This document shows, in pieces, positions 10,067 to 25,671 of a stretch of DNA of 64,000 nt. Numbering within the stretch: position 1 is the stretch's first letter; every line of letters starts with the position of its first letter. Made by a program: the position numbers and the translations under genes. The notes beneath the pieces were generated by a model that saw nothing but the letters and a program-made list of their open reading frames with translations, ran no database searches and had not been told where the DNA came from. The stretch lies in the NCBI RefSeq assembly GCF_058153355.1, contig NZ_CM177019.1, one strand, 5' to 3'.

Positions 10067-10644
10067 AGCATGTACTGCATACCTCCTGCCTTAGAATTAT
10101 CTCCGGCTAACTCCACCAAACATGGCTGTACACAGCCAGATAAGAACGCTTGCGCGCATCTGGATATCATACCGCTGCTGGAACTGTTTCTTAATCATCC
10201 TACCTTATTCGACCTATTCGTTACTGGCCATTATGAAGGACGCAAAGTAAGCGCTTTTTATGCGTTTTGGCCTAGTTATTATCACGTTACCTTAATATTA
10301 TCAGGAACGAGTTAACGCTGCTCATAACGGTCAAACCGATACTATAAAGCCCAATAATTGAAACCTTTTCATCATGTCAGGAAGATAGTCATCCTTATGA
10401 TCTTTATATAAAAAAGCCAACCATGGGGTTGGCAAAGTGGCACAAACCAGCATAAAAGCTATGCTTTGTTTACAAATCTTCTTTGAATTAAATATATATC
10501 GTCCTGACTAAACAGAACTAAAACGGAATGAATTATTTAATCATATTACTAAATTTCATTTTGTTTAGACTCTGTTGAGATCCCTTGTTTTAAATTTCAT
10601 TTAGATAAAATTCTTAATTAAATCCTTGGGAGTCAATTATCTCT

Positions 10645-10899
10645 ATGCAAAGTCAAGGAATGTACTTTGAAATGAACCTATACGCATATTTGAATAAATA
10701 TGATAGTCGGCTTTCAGAAGAAAAACTTGCAATTGATAAGGCAGTTAGAGATTTATATCTTTGCAACGAACACGTGGATAACAAGAGCATTATACTGAAA
10801 TTGCTCTCATTTTTATCATCTGCTGATGACATTGTTGAAAAAGATATTATCAGGAATGCTTTGGAAGTGGTGCTTCTTTTTACATTAGACGATATTTAA
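10645..10899 (+). CDS. AriR/YmgB-family paralog (connector-like small protein)
   Basis: 84-aa ORF; C-terminal half NKSIILKLLSFLSSADDIVEKDIIRNALEVVLLFTLDDI aligns with Ari[40 protein letters not shown]. Confidence 0.7.
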   Translation: MQSQGMYFEMNLYAYLNKYDSRLSEEKLAIDKAVRDLYLCNEHVDNKSIILKLLSFLSSADDIVEKDIIRNALEVVLLFTLDDI

Positions 10900-11147
10900 G
10901 TCATCTCAGGAGTTTTAATACACGAAGAGTGCCCGGATACTAGCGATTATATTCATATTTAATTATTAGTGCGGGGAAAGAGATTATGCATTGGCATATT
11001 TCTCTAACGTCCGCGATAGAAAAACAACTTTAAATATAAATAAAGAACAAACCACCTTTGCATTCAACCTCATCTGAGCTGACTATAGTACAAATTATAT
11101 TGATATTCTTTATCAACATCATTGGAACAGAAGAATAAGGCGAAGAA

Positions 11148-11471
11148 ATGAAGTGTATAGTAATTGATACTGTAATACAACCTTCGTGTGGTATATATTT
11201 TTCAGTCATATGGAGCGATATAAAAATGATCATTTGGTATCGTTCAAATATCTTTCTCCCACCTGGCAGCATATTTACAGTTATTAAGTCAGGTATTATA
11301 CTCGAGGATAAAGAATATCCGATCAGTATTTTTAACGTGGCGCTATTCAACAAAAATTTATGGAATTTAATCAAAAATAGTCAAGAGTGTCCTACAGAAT
11401 CAAACAAAATTACGAATAAATGCCTGCATAAGCATTGCATTATGCAAATATGTCCACATGGTCTCAAGTAA
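11148..11471 (+). CDS. iraM: Anti-adaptor protein IraM
   Basis: 107-aa [21 protein letters not shown]...[18 protein letters not shown]; recognised as IraM. Confidence 0.88.
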   Translation: MKCIVIDTVIQPSCGIYFSVIWSDIKMIIWYRSNIFLPPGSIFTVIKSGIILEDKEYPISIFNVALFNKNLWNLIKNSQECPTESNKITNKCLHKHCIMQICPHGLK

Positions 11472-11518
11472 TGGGGGTTATTTAACCTTCCCTATATGCT
11501 ATAGATAAATCTACCAAA

Positions 11519-11560
11519 AACTGCCCCTTCGTAGAGGGGCTCTATGATTTTGTTTTATTT
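11519..11560 (+). terminator. Rho-independent terminator after iraM
   Basis: GC hairpin CTGCCCC-TTCGTAG-AGGGGC followed by a T-rich tract. Confidence 0.6.
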
Positions 11561-12205
11561 GAAGGCATGGTGCTGAATGTACTCGTTGAATCCAGATTCA
11601 ACACCTGAAGCTACACTTAACCCATAATACTTGTTTCTGGTTCCTCTACCGAGTGGTCAAACAATGATATGTATGTGACGTCAGAGTTTATTTTTTTAGT
11701 GTTTAATGCTATTAATTTAACGTAGTTACCTATCTTTTTTCTACCTTCTGAACTAACCTTAGGTTTCAACGTATCCGGCAGGAGGGGCTATCCCCAATCT
11801 TAAATTTTGCTGCCCGATTTGCTCAAGCCAAAGTTTTAATTTTACAACCTATAAACCTGAGTTAAATCAACCTCATGGTGCTGTCTGTTCCCGCTGTGGA
11901 ACAAGACTCACTGCAACATCTTGCATTCCTAAACTTCGCAGAAGGCGATGGGCAAAAACTGTACTGTAATGTTATTTCGATGTCTCTTATGGTAAATAGG
12001 AGGCGTCGAGGCTAAGTGAGTAGCCTGCTTGCTTCTCAAGCCTGGATACTATCAGCATTCACGTCAGATGAAATGATGATATTTCGCGTAAGAAAGAGGC
12101 ATTTTTTTATCAACTTCACATCGGAGATGGTAATAATCCTATGGGTCCAGTCCATATGAGGGGGTCAACATACTATAAAATTCACAATCATAAATTAACT
12201 ATATA

Positions 12206-13663
12206 TCAAGAACGCCAAAAAAATCCTGAAAATAGTATAATAACAGGGTAAATTTCAAGTCGACCAAGAATCATAGCAATACACATGAGATATTTTGCAA
12301 TATCATTAAGAACACCGAATGAGGATGCGGTAGCCCCAAAACCCAGCCCCATATTATTAATGCATGCAGCGACTGTCGCAAATGATGTAAGGAAATCATA
12401 TCCCATACCGTTTAGCACCAGTATAAAAAACACTGTAAAGAAAGTATAAAGAAAAAAGAAACTCCATACAGACCTCATTACGCGGTCTGTAACAATCTTC
12501 CCTCCTACATTTACACTAAGCAATGCTCTGGGATGAGAAAGCTGATTTATTTCGTGTTTACTTTGTTTAAAAAGTATAAGAAATCTAAGTGATTTAATTC
12601 CGCCGCACGTTGAGCCTATACATCCCCCAAAAAAACTTGACAGCAGCAAAAAAACTATCGTATGTGTGGGCCAGTTTGAATAATCCTGCGTAGCTAAACC
12701 ATTATCAGTGAGCATGGAGCTAGCAAGAAAAAACGAATGAACAACACTTCCAGTTAAGTCATACATACCTATATGCCAGACCTGGAAAGAGGTAACAATA
12801 ATAACACCTGAAGCTATTAACAAAAAGAAACGAAGTTCAACATCTGTGAGTAAGGGTTTTATTGTTTTCCTGCTTATAACAACATACCAAAGAGTGAAGT
12901 TGAAAGCCGATAACAGAGAAAAAGAGCCCGCCACCAGTTCAATCAAATAATTATTGAAATAGCCGATACTCTCACTATGAGTTGAAAAACCGCCAAGAGA
13001 AACTGTAGAAAGTCCATGACAAATAGCATCAAACAAAGGCATTCCTGCAAGTCGATAACAAACAATACAAGCAATGCCTAATAAAGAATAAGTTATCCAA
13101 AGTGTCCGCGACGTATCAGCCAAGCGTGGAGTCAGTTTGTCATCCTTAAATGGCCCTGGCATTTCTGACTGATAAAGTTTTGCACCACCAATACCCAATA
13201 ATGGCAACACAGCAACTGCCAGAACAATAACCCCTAAACCGCCGATAAAATTTAATTGTGACCGGTAGAACAAATATGCCCGAGATAATGAACTGACATC
13301 ATCAATTACTGTTGCTCCTGTTGTTGTTATTCCGGAAACCCCTTCAAACAGCGCGTCAGCAAACGTTAAATTAAGCTCTGAATCAATCCATAATGGAAAT
13401 GCGCTAATAATAGAAAATAAAATCCAAAACATTACAATTATAATAAACCCATCACGGGTGCGTAATTGAATGCCAGATTTTTTAGTGGTATACCACGCTC
13501 CGCCACCAATACAAAAAAATATAACAAAAGTAATAAAAAAAACGAACAAGCTTTTTTCTTTATAAAACAATGCTACAACCATTGGTGGTAACATTGAAAG
13601 ACTATAGAGCCAGACCAAGAACCCACACATATGAGTTACAACTCTTACATGAGATGTATTCAT
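12206..13663 (-). CDS. trkG: TrkH/TrkG-family K+ uptake membrane protein (TrkG-like)
   Basis: Multi-pass membrane protein with TrkH-family motifs (SGITTTGATV, repeated G-rich pore loops); 485 aa from MNTSHV (ORF could start 18 nt upstream at 13681); very AT-rich. Confidence 0.7.
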   Translation of the reverse strand: MNTSHVRVVTHMCGFLVWLYSLSMLPPMVVALFYKEKSLFVFFITFVIFFCIGGGAWYTTKKSGIQLRTRDGFIIIVMFWILFSIISAFPLWIDSELNLTFADALFEGVSGITTTGATVIDDVSSLSRAYLFYRSQLNFIGGLGVIVLAVAVLPLLGIGGAKLYQSEMPGPFKDDKLTPRLADTSRTLWITYSLLGIACIVCYRLAGMPLFDAICHGLSTVSLGGFSTHSESIGYFNNYLIELVAGSFSLLSAFNFTLWYVVISRKTIKPLLTDVELRFFLLIASGVIIVTSFQVWHIGMYDLTGSVVHSFFLASSMLTDNGLATQDYSNWPTHTIVFLLLSSFFGGCIGSTCGGIKSLRFLILFKQSKHEINQLSHPRALLSVNVGGKIVTDRVMRSVWSFFFLYTFFTVFFILVLNGMGYDFLTSFATVAACINNMGLGFGATASSFGVLNDIAKYLMCIAMILGRLEIYPVIILFSGFFWRS

Positions 13664-14099
13664 ATCCAAATGTTCTTTCAATTATAACCACCTTACTGCA
13701 ATGTCATGATTATACTGTATAAATTTTAACTCTTCTTAGATCTTACTTCACTGGTCCTTATGAAACAATCAGCAAAATGAATCTTATTATAACACTGTTC
13801 GGTTATGTATTGTTGAGCCTTCCCGCTGGGCCTGCATCATTACAAGTCGCTCCCTATGGGGCTTTGTCGAATAAATAATTTTTCGGTAAGTATCCCCTGA
13901 GCAGGTTGTATCTTCAGGCAGTATGAACACTTTCTGGCATACCTACCTTCGTCATTATGTTCAGCGTATGCACCATGACCAAAGCCTCTGCAACCGGCCG
14001 ATCATAATCTAGCAACATCAGAGAACCTCAGAATAACTGTTTTACCCTGTACATTGCCGTTTCCGCTATTGAGCAACGATTGTAATCTTTTGTCCATTT

Positions 14100-14530
14100 T
14101 CACCGGGAATTACCCTCGGTCAATCGCTGATACGCGACTGCACAGTTACGGTCGGCATACTCACCGGACCAGTAACCCGCTCCTTTTTGGGGTGGGATGA
14201 GCGCGCTGATTTTCACACGGCGCAGCTGCTCGTAACAGAGCCGAGAGGCGTAAACTCCGTCTGCTGCTGTCCTGATTTTTTGATGGGTTTGCCGGATTAA
14301 TCCGGCTACACCTCTACATCCGTTACGCTGAATGCTGAGGTCGCCCTTGGGAAGAAGGCATTGCTGACTTATACCAATCCGAAATCACCTCCTCGTGCAA
14401 CCAGACAGGGAGGGGCCTCGGTTGATAAGAGCTCTGTTATTGATGTGCCAGTTGGTGATTCTAACTTTTGCTTTGTAACGGGACGAGCCGTGTTGGCAGA
14501 TGATGTGTGGTCTGATCCTTAAACTCAGTA
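14100..14530 (-). pseudogene. IS5-family (IS903-group) transposase remnant
   Basis: Minus-strand frame without start codon encodes ...VAGLIRQTHQKIRTAADGVYASRLCYEQLRRVKISALIPPQKGAGYWSGEYADRNCAV..., matching the C-terminal region of the IS903 transposase as I recall it; truncated by stops; no intact ORF. Confidence 0.6.
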
Positions 14531-14544
14531 AAAGTACGATTTAT

Positions 14545-14585
14545 TCAAAAAAGCCCCTCCACTATGATTTCGATTTAAGGGGCTG
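14545..14585 (-). terminator. Rho-independent terminator downstream of the 458-aa gene
   Basis: On the minus strand, AGCCCCTT...AAGGGGCT hairpin followed by TTTTTGAATAAA. Confidence 0.5.
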
Positions 14586-14615
14586 ATGATTATGTAACGC
14601 GAATTTACCGGATCC

Positions 14616-16001
<1,386 letters not shown>

Positions 16002-16320
16002 TCAGGGGGGTTGATATTCCGGATCATGCCGTGTTTGCCCACGGCTCCCCCTGGAGAGCTGCAGACCTGTTTATTTAACTCGCACAGCGCCGGGGCCTGT
16101 CAGCAAACAGGGAGCATAACCGTCGTGCCATTAAACGCCAGACGGGAGATCATTATTATTTTATTAATACAGATTCGTTGCATTCCGGTCTTTACCGCAG
16201 TTTAAAAGAAAAGAGAATAGGGACTTAGGCAGTAGAGCAGTCATTGGACAGACCACACTACCCCAAACTAGCAGGGGAGTTTTGATAAAATTTTGATAAC
16301 CGTTAGCATGCTAACAAAAA

Positions 16321-16383
16321 ACAACGGGCGTGTTATACGCCCGTTTCAATATTTAACACATGTAGTGATTACATATTCTTGAT
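16321..16383. repeat. icd 3'-end/terminator repeat (copy B, native icd end)
   Basis: Partner of repeat A at 10005..10066; includes the icd terminator hairpin 16323..16345 and the icd stop codon and last codons. Confidence 0.6.
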
Positions 16384-17619
16384 GATCGCGTCACCAAACT
16401 CTGAACATTTCAGCAGTTTAGCGCCTTCCATCAGACGTTCGAAGTCATAGGTTACAGTCTTCGCGTTGATTGCGCCTTCCATACCTTTAACAATCAGGTC
16501 TGCGGCTTCAGTCCAGCCCATATGGCGCAGCATCATCTCAGCGGAGAGGATGATAGAGCCTGGGTTAACTTTGTCCTGACCAGCATACTTCGGCGCAGTA
16601 CCGTGGGTGGCTTCAAACAGCGCGCATTCGTCACCGATGTTTGCGCCTGGGGCGATACCGATACCGCCAACCTGCGCTGCCAGAGCATCAGAAATGTAGT
16701 CACCGTTGAGGTTCATACAGGCGATAACGTCGTATTCAGCCGGACGCAGCAGGATCTGTTGCAGGAATGCGTCAGCAATCACGTCTTTAATGACGATCTC
16801 TTTGCCGGTGTTCGGGTTTTTGACTTTCAGCCACGGCCCGCCGTCGATCAGTTCACCGCCAAACTCTTCACGCGCCAGCTGGTAACCCCAGTCTTTAAAC
16901 GCGCCTTCGGTGAACTTCATGATGTTGCCTTTGTGCACCAGGGTCACAGAGTCACGGTCGTTAGCAATTGCGTATTCGATCGCGGCACGAACCAGACGTT
17001 TGGTGCCTTCTTCCGAACACGGCTTGATACCGATACCGCAATGTTCCGGGAAGCGAATTTTCTTCACGCCCATCTCTTCACGCAGGAATTTAATCACTTT
17101 CTCAGCGTCGGCAGAGTCAGCTTTCCATTCGATACCCGCATAAATATCTTCCGAGTTTTCACGGAAGATAACCATATCGGTCAGTTCAGGATGTTTAACC
17201 GGGCTTGGGGTGCCCTGATAGTAACGTACCGGACGCAGGCAGATGTAGAGATCCAGTTCCTGGCGCAGAGCTACGTTGAGAGAACGAATACCGCCGCCAA
17301 CCGGAGTGGTCAGAGGGCCTTTAATGGCAACGCGATACTCACGAATCAGATCAAGGGTTTCAGCAGGCAGCCAGACATCCTGACCATAAACCTGTGTGGA
17401 TTTTTCACCGGTGTAAATTTCCATCCAGGAGATTTTACGCTCGCCTTTATAGGCTTTCTCGACCGCAGCGTCGACCACTTTCAGCATGGCTGGGGTTACA
17501 TCTACACCGATTCCATCACCTTCAATGTAAGGGATAATCGGATTTTCAGGAACGTTGAGTTTGCCGTTTTGCAGGGTGATCTTCTTGCCTTGTGCCGGAA
17601 CAACTACTTTACTTTCCAT
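16369..17619 (-). CDS. icd: Isocitrate dehydrogenase (NADP)
   Basis: 416-aa [41 protein letters not shown]...; unmistakable Icd. Confidence 0.97.
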   Translation of the reverse strand: MESKVVVPAQGKKITLQNGKLNVPENPIIPYIEGDGIGVDVTPAMLKVVDAAVEKAYKGERKISWMEIYTGEKSTQVYGQDVWLPAETLDLIREYRVAIKGPLTTPVGGGIRSLNVALRQELDLYICLRPVRYYQGTPSPVKHPELTDMVIFRENSEDIYAGIEWKADSADAEKVIKFLREEMGVKKIRFPEHCGIGIKPCSEEGTKRLVRAAIEYAIANDRDSVTLVHKGNIMKFTEGAFKDWGYQLAREEFGGELIDGGPWLKVKNPNTGKEIVIKDVIADAFLQQILLRPAEYDVIACMNLNGDYISDALAAQVGGIGIAPGANIGDECALFEATHGTAPKYAGQDKVNPGSIILSAEMMLRHMGWTEAADLIVKGMEGAINAKTVTYDFERLMEGAKLLKCSEFGDAIIKNM

Positions 17620-17790
17620 TCACCTCTCCTTCGAGCGCTACTGGTTTGCTCGTCTGCCACCACGTTGCATATGCGTTTGCGTCCTGCGATACGGATGCTT
17701 TAGAGCAATTTTTTGTTAATGATTTGTAATTGGCTTGTCAATACTACCCTATTGTTTGCCGTCATGAAAGATGCGCGTTATTAGGCTATA

Positions 17791-18444
17791 ATGCGGCAAT
17801 TCATAATCTCTGAAAATACCATGCAAAAAACTTCTTTTAGAAATCACCAGGTTAAGCGATTCAGCTCGCAACGTTCTACCAGGCGAAAACCTGAAAACCA
17901 GCCCACGCGTGTGATCCTGTTCAATAAACCCTACGATGTTCTTCCGCAGTTCACCGATGAAGCCGGACGCAAAACATTAAAAGAATTCATCCCGGTTCAG
18001 GGGGTGTATGCGGCAGGTCGTCTCGACCGCGACAGCGAAGGGTTACTGGTGCTGACCAATAACGGCGCTTTGCAGGCGCGTTTAACCCAGCCGGGTAAAC
18101 GTACCGGGAAAATCTATTATGTACAGGTAGAAGGTATTCCCACGGAAGACGCCCTTGAAGCGTTGCGCAATGGCGTAACCTTAAATGATGGCCCTACCCT
18201 GCCCGCAGGTGCGGAGATGGTTGAGGAGCCGGAATGGTTATGGCCCCGTAATCCGCCAATTCGTGAACGAAAAAGTATTCCCACCAGCTGGCTTAAGATC
18301 ACCTTATATGAAGGACGTAATCGCCAGGTGCGCCGCATGACCGCCCATGTTGGTTTTCCCACGCTGCGACTGATTCGCTATGCGATGGGTGATTACTCTT
18401 TGGATAATCTTGCCAATGGCGAATGGCGAGAAGCGACAGATTAA
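17791..18444 (+). CDS. rluE: 23S rRNA pseudouridine synthase RluE
   Basis: 217-aa ORF with RluA-family catalytic motif ([15 protein letters not shown]). Confidence 0.92.
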   Translation: MRQFIISENTMQKTSFRNHQVKRFSSQRSTRRKPENQPTRVILFNKPYDVLPQFTDEAGRKTLKEFIPVQGVYAAGRLDRDSEGLLVLTNNGALQARLTQPGKRTGKIYYVQVEGIPTEDALEALRNGVTLNDGPTLPAGAEMVEEPEWLWPRNPPIRERKSIPTSWLKITLYEGRNRQVRRMTAHVGFPTLRLIRYAMGDYSLDNLANGEWREATD

Positions 18445-18453
18445 GGACGCAAA

Positions 18454-20075
<1,622 letters not shown>

Positions 20076-20110
20076 TTATTTTCTTTACTTAAAACAAGGA
20101 AGCAGTGAAC

Positions 20111-20752
20111 GTGGCAAAGAATTACTATGACATCACCCTCGCCCTGGCCGGTATTTGTCAGTCGGCACGCCTGGTGCAACAACTCGCTCACCAGGGGCAT
20201 TGTGATGCCGATGCGCTACACGTCTCACTCAACAGTATTATTGATATGAACCCCAGCTCGACGCTGGCGGTTTTTGGCGGCAGCGAAGCCAACCTGCGCG
20301 TCGGGCTGGAAACATTGCTCGGCGTGCTCAATGCCAGCAGTCGCCAGGGCTTAAACGCTGAGTTAACCCGCTACACACTCAGCCTGATGGTGCTTGAGCG
20401 CAAACTCTCCTCAGCGAAAGGCGCGCTCGACACTCTGGGCAACCGGATCAACGGCCTGCAACGCCAGCTCGAACACTTCGATTTACAGTCCGAAACGCTG
20501 ATGAGCGCGATGGCTGCTATCTATGTTGATGTGATTAGCCCGCTTGGCCCACGCATTCAGGTCACCGGTTCCCCTGCTGTACTGCAAAGTCCACAGGTAC
20601 AGGCGAAAGTCCGCGCTACCCTGCTGGCAGGCATTCGCGCCGCCGTGCTCTGGCACCAGGTCGGCGGCGGACGTCTGCAACTGATGTTTTCTCGTAATCG
20701 CCTGACCACTCAGGCAAAACAAATTCTTGCTCATTTAACCCCGGAGTTGTGA
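20111..20752 (+). CDS. hflD: Lysogenization regulator HflD
   Basis: 213 aa from GTG ([24 protein letters not shown]...). Confidence 0.88.
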   Translation: MAKNYYDITLALAGICQSARLVQQLAHQGHCDADALHVSLNSIIDMNPSSTLAVFGGSEANLRVGLETLLGVLNASSRQGLNAELTRYTLSLMVLERKLSSAKGALDTLGNRINGLQRQLEHFDLQSETLMSAMAAIYVDVISPLGPRIQVTGSPAVLQSPQVQAKVRATLLAGIRAAVLWHQVGGGRLQLMFSRNRLTTQAKQILAHLTPEL

Positions 20753-22126
<1,374 letters not shown>

Positions 22127-22217
22127 GCCTCAAATCAGTGCCGGATGGCGATGCTGTCCGGCCTGCTTATTAAGATTATCCGCTTTTTATTTTTTCTCTT
22201 TACCTCCCCTCCCCGCT

Positions 22218-22234
22218 GGTTTATTTAATGTTTA
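22218..22234 (+). promoter_or_regulatory. PhoP box in the phoPQ promoter
   Basis: Direct repeat GGTTTA-TTTAA-TGTTTA about 60 bp upstream of the phoP start, matching the (T/G)GTTTA-N5-(T/G)GTTTA consensus. Confidence 0.7.
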
Positions 22235-22294
22235 CCCCCATAACGACATAATCGCGTTACACTATTTTAATAATTAAAACAGGGAGAATGAAAA

Positions 22295-22966
22295 ATGCGC
22301 GTACTGGTTGTTGAAGACAATGCGTTGTTACGTCACCATCTTAAAGTTCAGATTCAGGATGCTGGTCATCAGGTCGATGACGCAGAAGATGCCAAAGAAG
22401 CCGATTATTATCTCAATGAGCATTTACCGGATATTGCGATTGTCGATCTCGGTTTGCCTGACGAGGACGGTCTGTCATTGATTCGCCGCTGGCGTAGCAA
22501 TGATGTTTCACTGCCGATTCTGGTATTAACCGCCCGTGAAAGCTGGCAGGACAAAGTCGAAGTATTAAGTGCCGGTGCTGATGATTACGTGACTAAACCG
22601 TTTCATATTGAAGAGGTGATGGCGCGAATGCAGGCATTAATGCGGCGTAATAGCGGTCTGGCTTCCCAGGTCATTTCGCTACCACCGTTTCAGGTTGATC
22701 TCTCCCGCCGTGAATTATCTATTAATGACGAAGTGATCAAACTGACCGCGTTCGAATACACCATTATGGAAACGTTGATACGCAATAATGGCAAAGTGGT
22801 CAGCAAAGATTCGTTAATGCTACAACTCTACCCGGATGCGGAGCTGCGGGAAAGCCATACCATTGATGTACTGATGGGACGTCTGCGCAAAAAAATTCAG
22901 GCACAATATCCGCAAGAAGTGATTACCACCGTTCGCGGCCAGGGCTATCTGTTCGAATTGCGCTGA
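22295..22966 (+). CDS. phoP: Response regulator PhoP
   Basis: 223-aa OmpR-family regulator ([25 protein letters not shown]...). Confidence 0.96.
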   Translation: MRVLVVEDNALLRHHLKVQIQDAGHQVDDAEDAKEADYYLNEHLPDIAIVDLGLPDEDGLSLIRRWRSNDVSLPILVLTARESWQDKVEVLSAGADDYVTKPFHIEEVMARMQALMRRNSGLASQVISLPPFQVDLSRRELSINDEVIKLTAFEYTIMETLIRNNGKVVSKDSLMLQLYPDAELRESHTIDVLMGRLRKKIQAQYPQEVITTVRGQGYLFELR

Positions 22967-24426
22967 TGAAAAAATTACTGCGTCTTTTTTTCCCGCTCTC
23001 GCTGCGGGTACGTTTTCTATTGGCAACGGCAGCGGTTGTACTGGTGCTTTCGCTTGCCTACGGAATGGTTGCGCTGATCGGTTATAGCGTCAGTTTCGAT
23101 AAAACCACGTTTCGGCTGTTACGTGGCGAGAGCAATCTGTTCTATACCCTTGCGAAGTGGGAAAACAATAAGTTGCATGTCGAGTTACCCGAAAATATCG
23201 ACAAGCAAAGCCCCACCATGACGCTAATTTATGATGAGAACGGGCAGCTTTTATGGGCGCAACGTGACGTGCCCTGGCTGATGAAGATGATCCAGCCTGA
23301 CTGGCTGAAATCGAATGGTTTTCATGAAATTGAAGCGGATGTTAACGATACCAGCCTCTTGCTGAGTGGAGATCATTCGATACAGCAACAGTTGCAGGAA
23401 GTGCGGGAAGATGATGACGACGCGGAGATGACCCACTCGGTGGCGGTAAACGTCTACCCGGCAACATCGCGGATGCCAAAGTTAACCATTGTGGTGGTGG
23501 ATACCATTCCGGTGGAGCTAAAAAGTTCCTATATGGTCTGGAGCTGGTTTATCTATGTGCTCTCAGCCAATCTGCTGTTAGTGATCCCGCTGCTGTGGGT
23601 CGCCGCCTGGTGGAGTTTACGCCCCATCGAAGCCCTGGCAAAAGAAGTCCGCGAACTGGAAGAACATAACCGCGAATTGCTCAATCCAGCCACAACGCGA
23701 GAACTGACCAGTCTGGTACGAAACCTGAACCGACTGTTAAAAAGTGAACGCGAACGTTACGACAAATATCGTACGACGCTCACCGACCTGACCCATAGTC
23801 TGAAAACGCCACTGGCGGTGCTGCAAAGTACGCTGCGTTCTCTGCGTAGTGAGAAGATGAGCGTCAGTGATGCTGAGCCGGTGATGCTGGAGCAAATCAG
23901 CCGCATTTCACAGCAAATTGGCTACTACCTGCATCGTGCCAGTATGCGCGGTGGGACATTGCTTAGCCGCGAGCTGCATCCGGTCGCCCCTCTGTTGGAC
24001 AATCTCACCTCGGCGCTGAACAAAGTGTATCAACGCAAAGGGGTCAATATCTCTCTCGATATTTCACCAGAGATCAGCTTTGTTGGTGAGCAGAACGATT
24101 TTGTCGAGGTGATGGGCAACGTGCTGGATAACGCCTGTAAATATTGCCTCGAGTTTGTCGAAATATCTGCAAGGCAAACCGACGAGCATCTCTATATTGT
24201 GGTCGAGGATGATGGCCCCGGTATTCCATTAAGCAAGCGAGAGGTCATTTTCGACCGTGGTCAACGGGTTGATACTTTACGCCCTGGGCAAGGTGTAGGG
24301 CTGGCGGTAGCCCGCGAAATCACCGAGCAGTATGAGGGTAAAATCGTCGCCGGAGAGAGCATGCTGGGCGGTGCGCGGATGGAGGTGATTTTTGGTCGCC
24401 AGCATTCTGCGCCGAAAGATGAATAA
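22966..24426 (+). CDS. phoQ: Sensor histidine kinase PhoQ
   Basis: 486-aa ORF with two TM segments, H-box ([12 protein letters not shown]) and ATPase domain; start overlaps phoP stop. Confidence 0.96.
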   Translation: MKKLLRLFFPLSLRVRFLLATAAVVLVLSLAYGMVALIGYSVSFDKTTFRLLRGESNLFYTLAKWENNKLHVELPENIDKQSPTMTLIYDENGQLLWAQRDVPWLMKMIQPDWLKSNGFHEIEADVNDTSLLLSGDHSIQQQLQEVREDDDDAEMTHSVAVNVYPATSRMPKLTIVVVDTIPVELKSSYMVWSWFIYVLSANLLLVIPLLWVAAWWSLRPIEALAKEVRELEEHNRELLNPATTRELTSLVRNLNRLLKSERERYDKYRTTLTDLTHSLKTPLAVLQSTLRSLRSEKMSVSDAEPVMLEQISRISQQIGYYLHRASMRGGTLLSRELHPVAPLLDNLTSALNKVYQRKGVNISLDISPEISFVGEQNDFVEVMGNVLDNACKYCLEFVEISARQTDEHLYIVVEDDGPGIPLSKREVIFDRGQRVDTLRPGQGVGLAVAREITEQYEGKIVAGESMLGGARMEVIFGRQHSAPKDE

Positions 24427-24501
24427 ATATGTCCATACTTCACGCATTACGTTAAGCATCCGTTATAATCGGTTGCAGATACCAGCCTGTGGATGCTTAA
24501 C

Positions 24502-25623
24502 ATGGAATACCAACTCACTCTTAACTGGCCCGATTTTCTTGAACGTCACTGGCAGAAACGCCCGGTGGTGTTAAAACGCGGCTTTAATAATTTTATTGAC
24601 CCGATCTCTCCAGACGAGTTGGCGGGTCTGGCGATGGAAAGCGAAGTCGACAGTCGACTGGTCAGTCACCAGGATGGCAAATGGCAGGTCAGCCACGGCC
24701 CGTTCGAAAGCTACGATCATCTCGGTGAAACCAACTGGTCGTTACTGGTACAGGCAGTGAACCACTGGCATGAGCCGACCGCCGCGCTGATGCGGCCGTT
24801 CCGTGAACTACCGGACTGGCGTATTGATGACCTGATGATCTCTTTTTCCGTACCTGGCGGCGGCGTCGGCCCACATCTCGATCAGTACGACGTGTTTATC
24901 ATTCAGGGTACCGGACGTCGTCGCTGGCGAGTGGGCGAAAAGCTACAAATGAAACAGCACTGCCCGCACCCGGATCTGTTACAGGTCGATCCGTTCGAAG
25001 CCATCATCGATGAAGAGCTGGAGCTTGGCGATATCCTTTATATTCCGCCAGGATTCCCGCATGAAGGCTACGCGCTGGAAAATGCGATGAACTATTCCGT
25101 GGGTTTTCGCGCGCCAAATACGCGGGAACTGATTAGCGGATTTGCCGATTATGTGCTGCAACGTGAACTGGGCGGCAACTACTACAGCGATCCTGATGTT
25201 CCACCTCGCGCTCATCCTGCGGACGTTCTGCCGCAAGAGATGGATAAACTGCGTGAGATGATGCTCGAATTGATCAACCAGCCGGAACACTTTAAGCAAT
25301 GGTTTGGCGAGTTTATATCCCAGTCACGTCATGAACTGGATATCGCGCCGCCGGAGCCGCCTTATCAGCCGGATGAAATCTACGATGCGCTGAAACAAGG
25401 TGATGTGCTGGTGCGCCTGGGTGGTCTGCGCGTATTGCGCATTGGCGACGACGTGTATGCCAATGGTGAGAAGATCGATTCCCCGCACCGTCCGGCACTG
25501 GATGCGCTCGCCAGCAACATTGCGCTGACCGCGGAGAATTTTGGCGATGCGCTGGAAGATCCGTCATTCCTCGCGATGCTCGCGGCGCTGGTCAATAGCG
25601 GATACTGGTTCTTCGAAGGGTAA
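24502..25623 (+). CDS. roxA: Ribosomal protein uL16 arginine hydroxylase RoxA (YcfD)
   Basis: 373 aa from MEYQLTLNWPDFLERHWQKRP; JmjC/cupin-type fold. Confidence 0.9.
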   Translation: MEYQLTLNWPDFLERHWQKRPVVLKRGFNNFIDPISPDELAGLAMESEVDSRLVSHQDGKWQVSHGPFESYDHLGETNWSLLVQAVNHWHEPTAALMRPFRELPDWRIDDLMISFSVPGGGVGPHLDQYDVFIIQGTGRRRWRVGEKLQMKQHCPHPDLLQVDPFEAIIDEELELGDILYIPPGFPHEGYALENAMNYSVGFRAPNTRELISGFADYVLQRELGGNYYSDPDVPPRAHPADVLPQEMDKLREMMLELINQPEHFKQWFGEFISQSRHELDIAPPEPPYQPDEIYDALKQGDVLVRLGGLRVLRIGDDVYANGEKIDSPHRPALDALASNIALTAENFGDALEDPSFLAMLAALVNSGYWFFEG

Positions 25624-25671
25624 GTTTGGATTTAAGCCGGATGCGACATCACATGCCGCATCCCTTTTCGC

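Noticed and set aside
10070-10315. 81-aa plus-strand ORF downstream of ycgX
   Set aside because: It begins within the icd-like repeat remnant, has no ribosome-binding site, and has no recognisable features; likely non-coding spacer.
16522-17703. 393-aa plus-strand ORF
   Set aside because: It is entirely antisense to icd, a highly conserved enzyme gene; a long antisense open frame is a known artefact in GC-biased coding regions.
22131-22180. GC-rich palindrome after purB as a separate regulatory element
   Set aside because: It is most simply a REP-like transcription terminator for purB upstream of the phoPQ promoter; nothing beyond that is supported.
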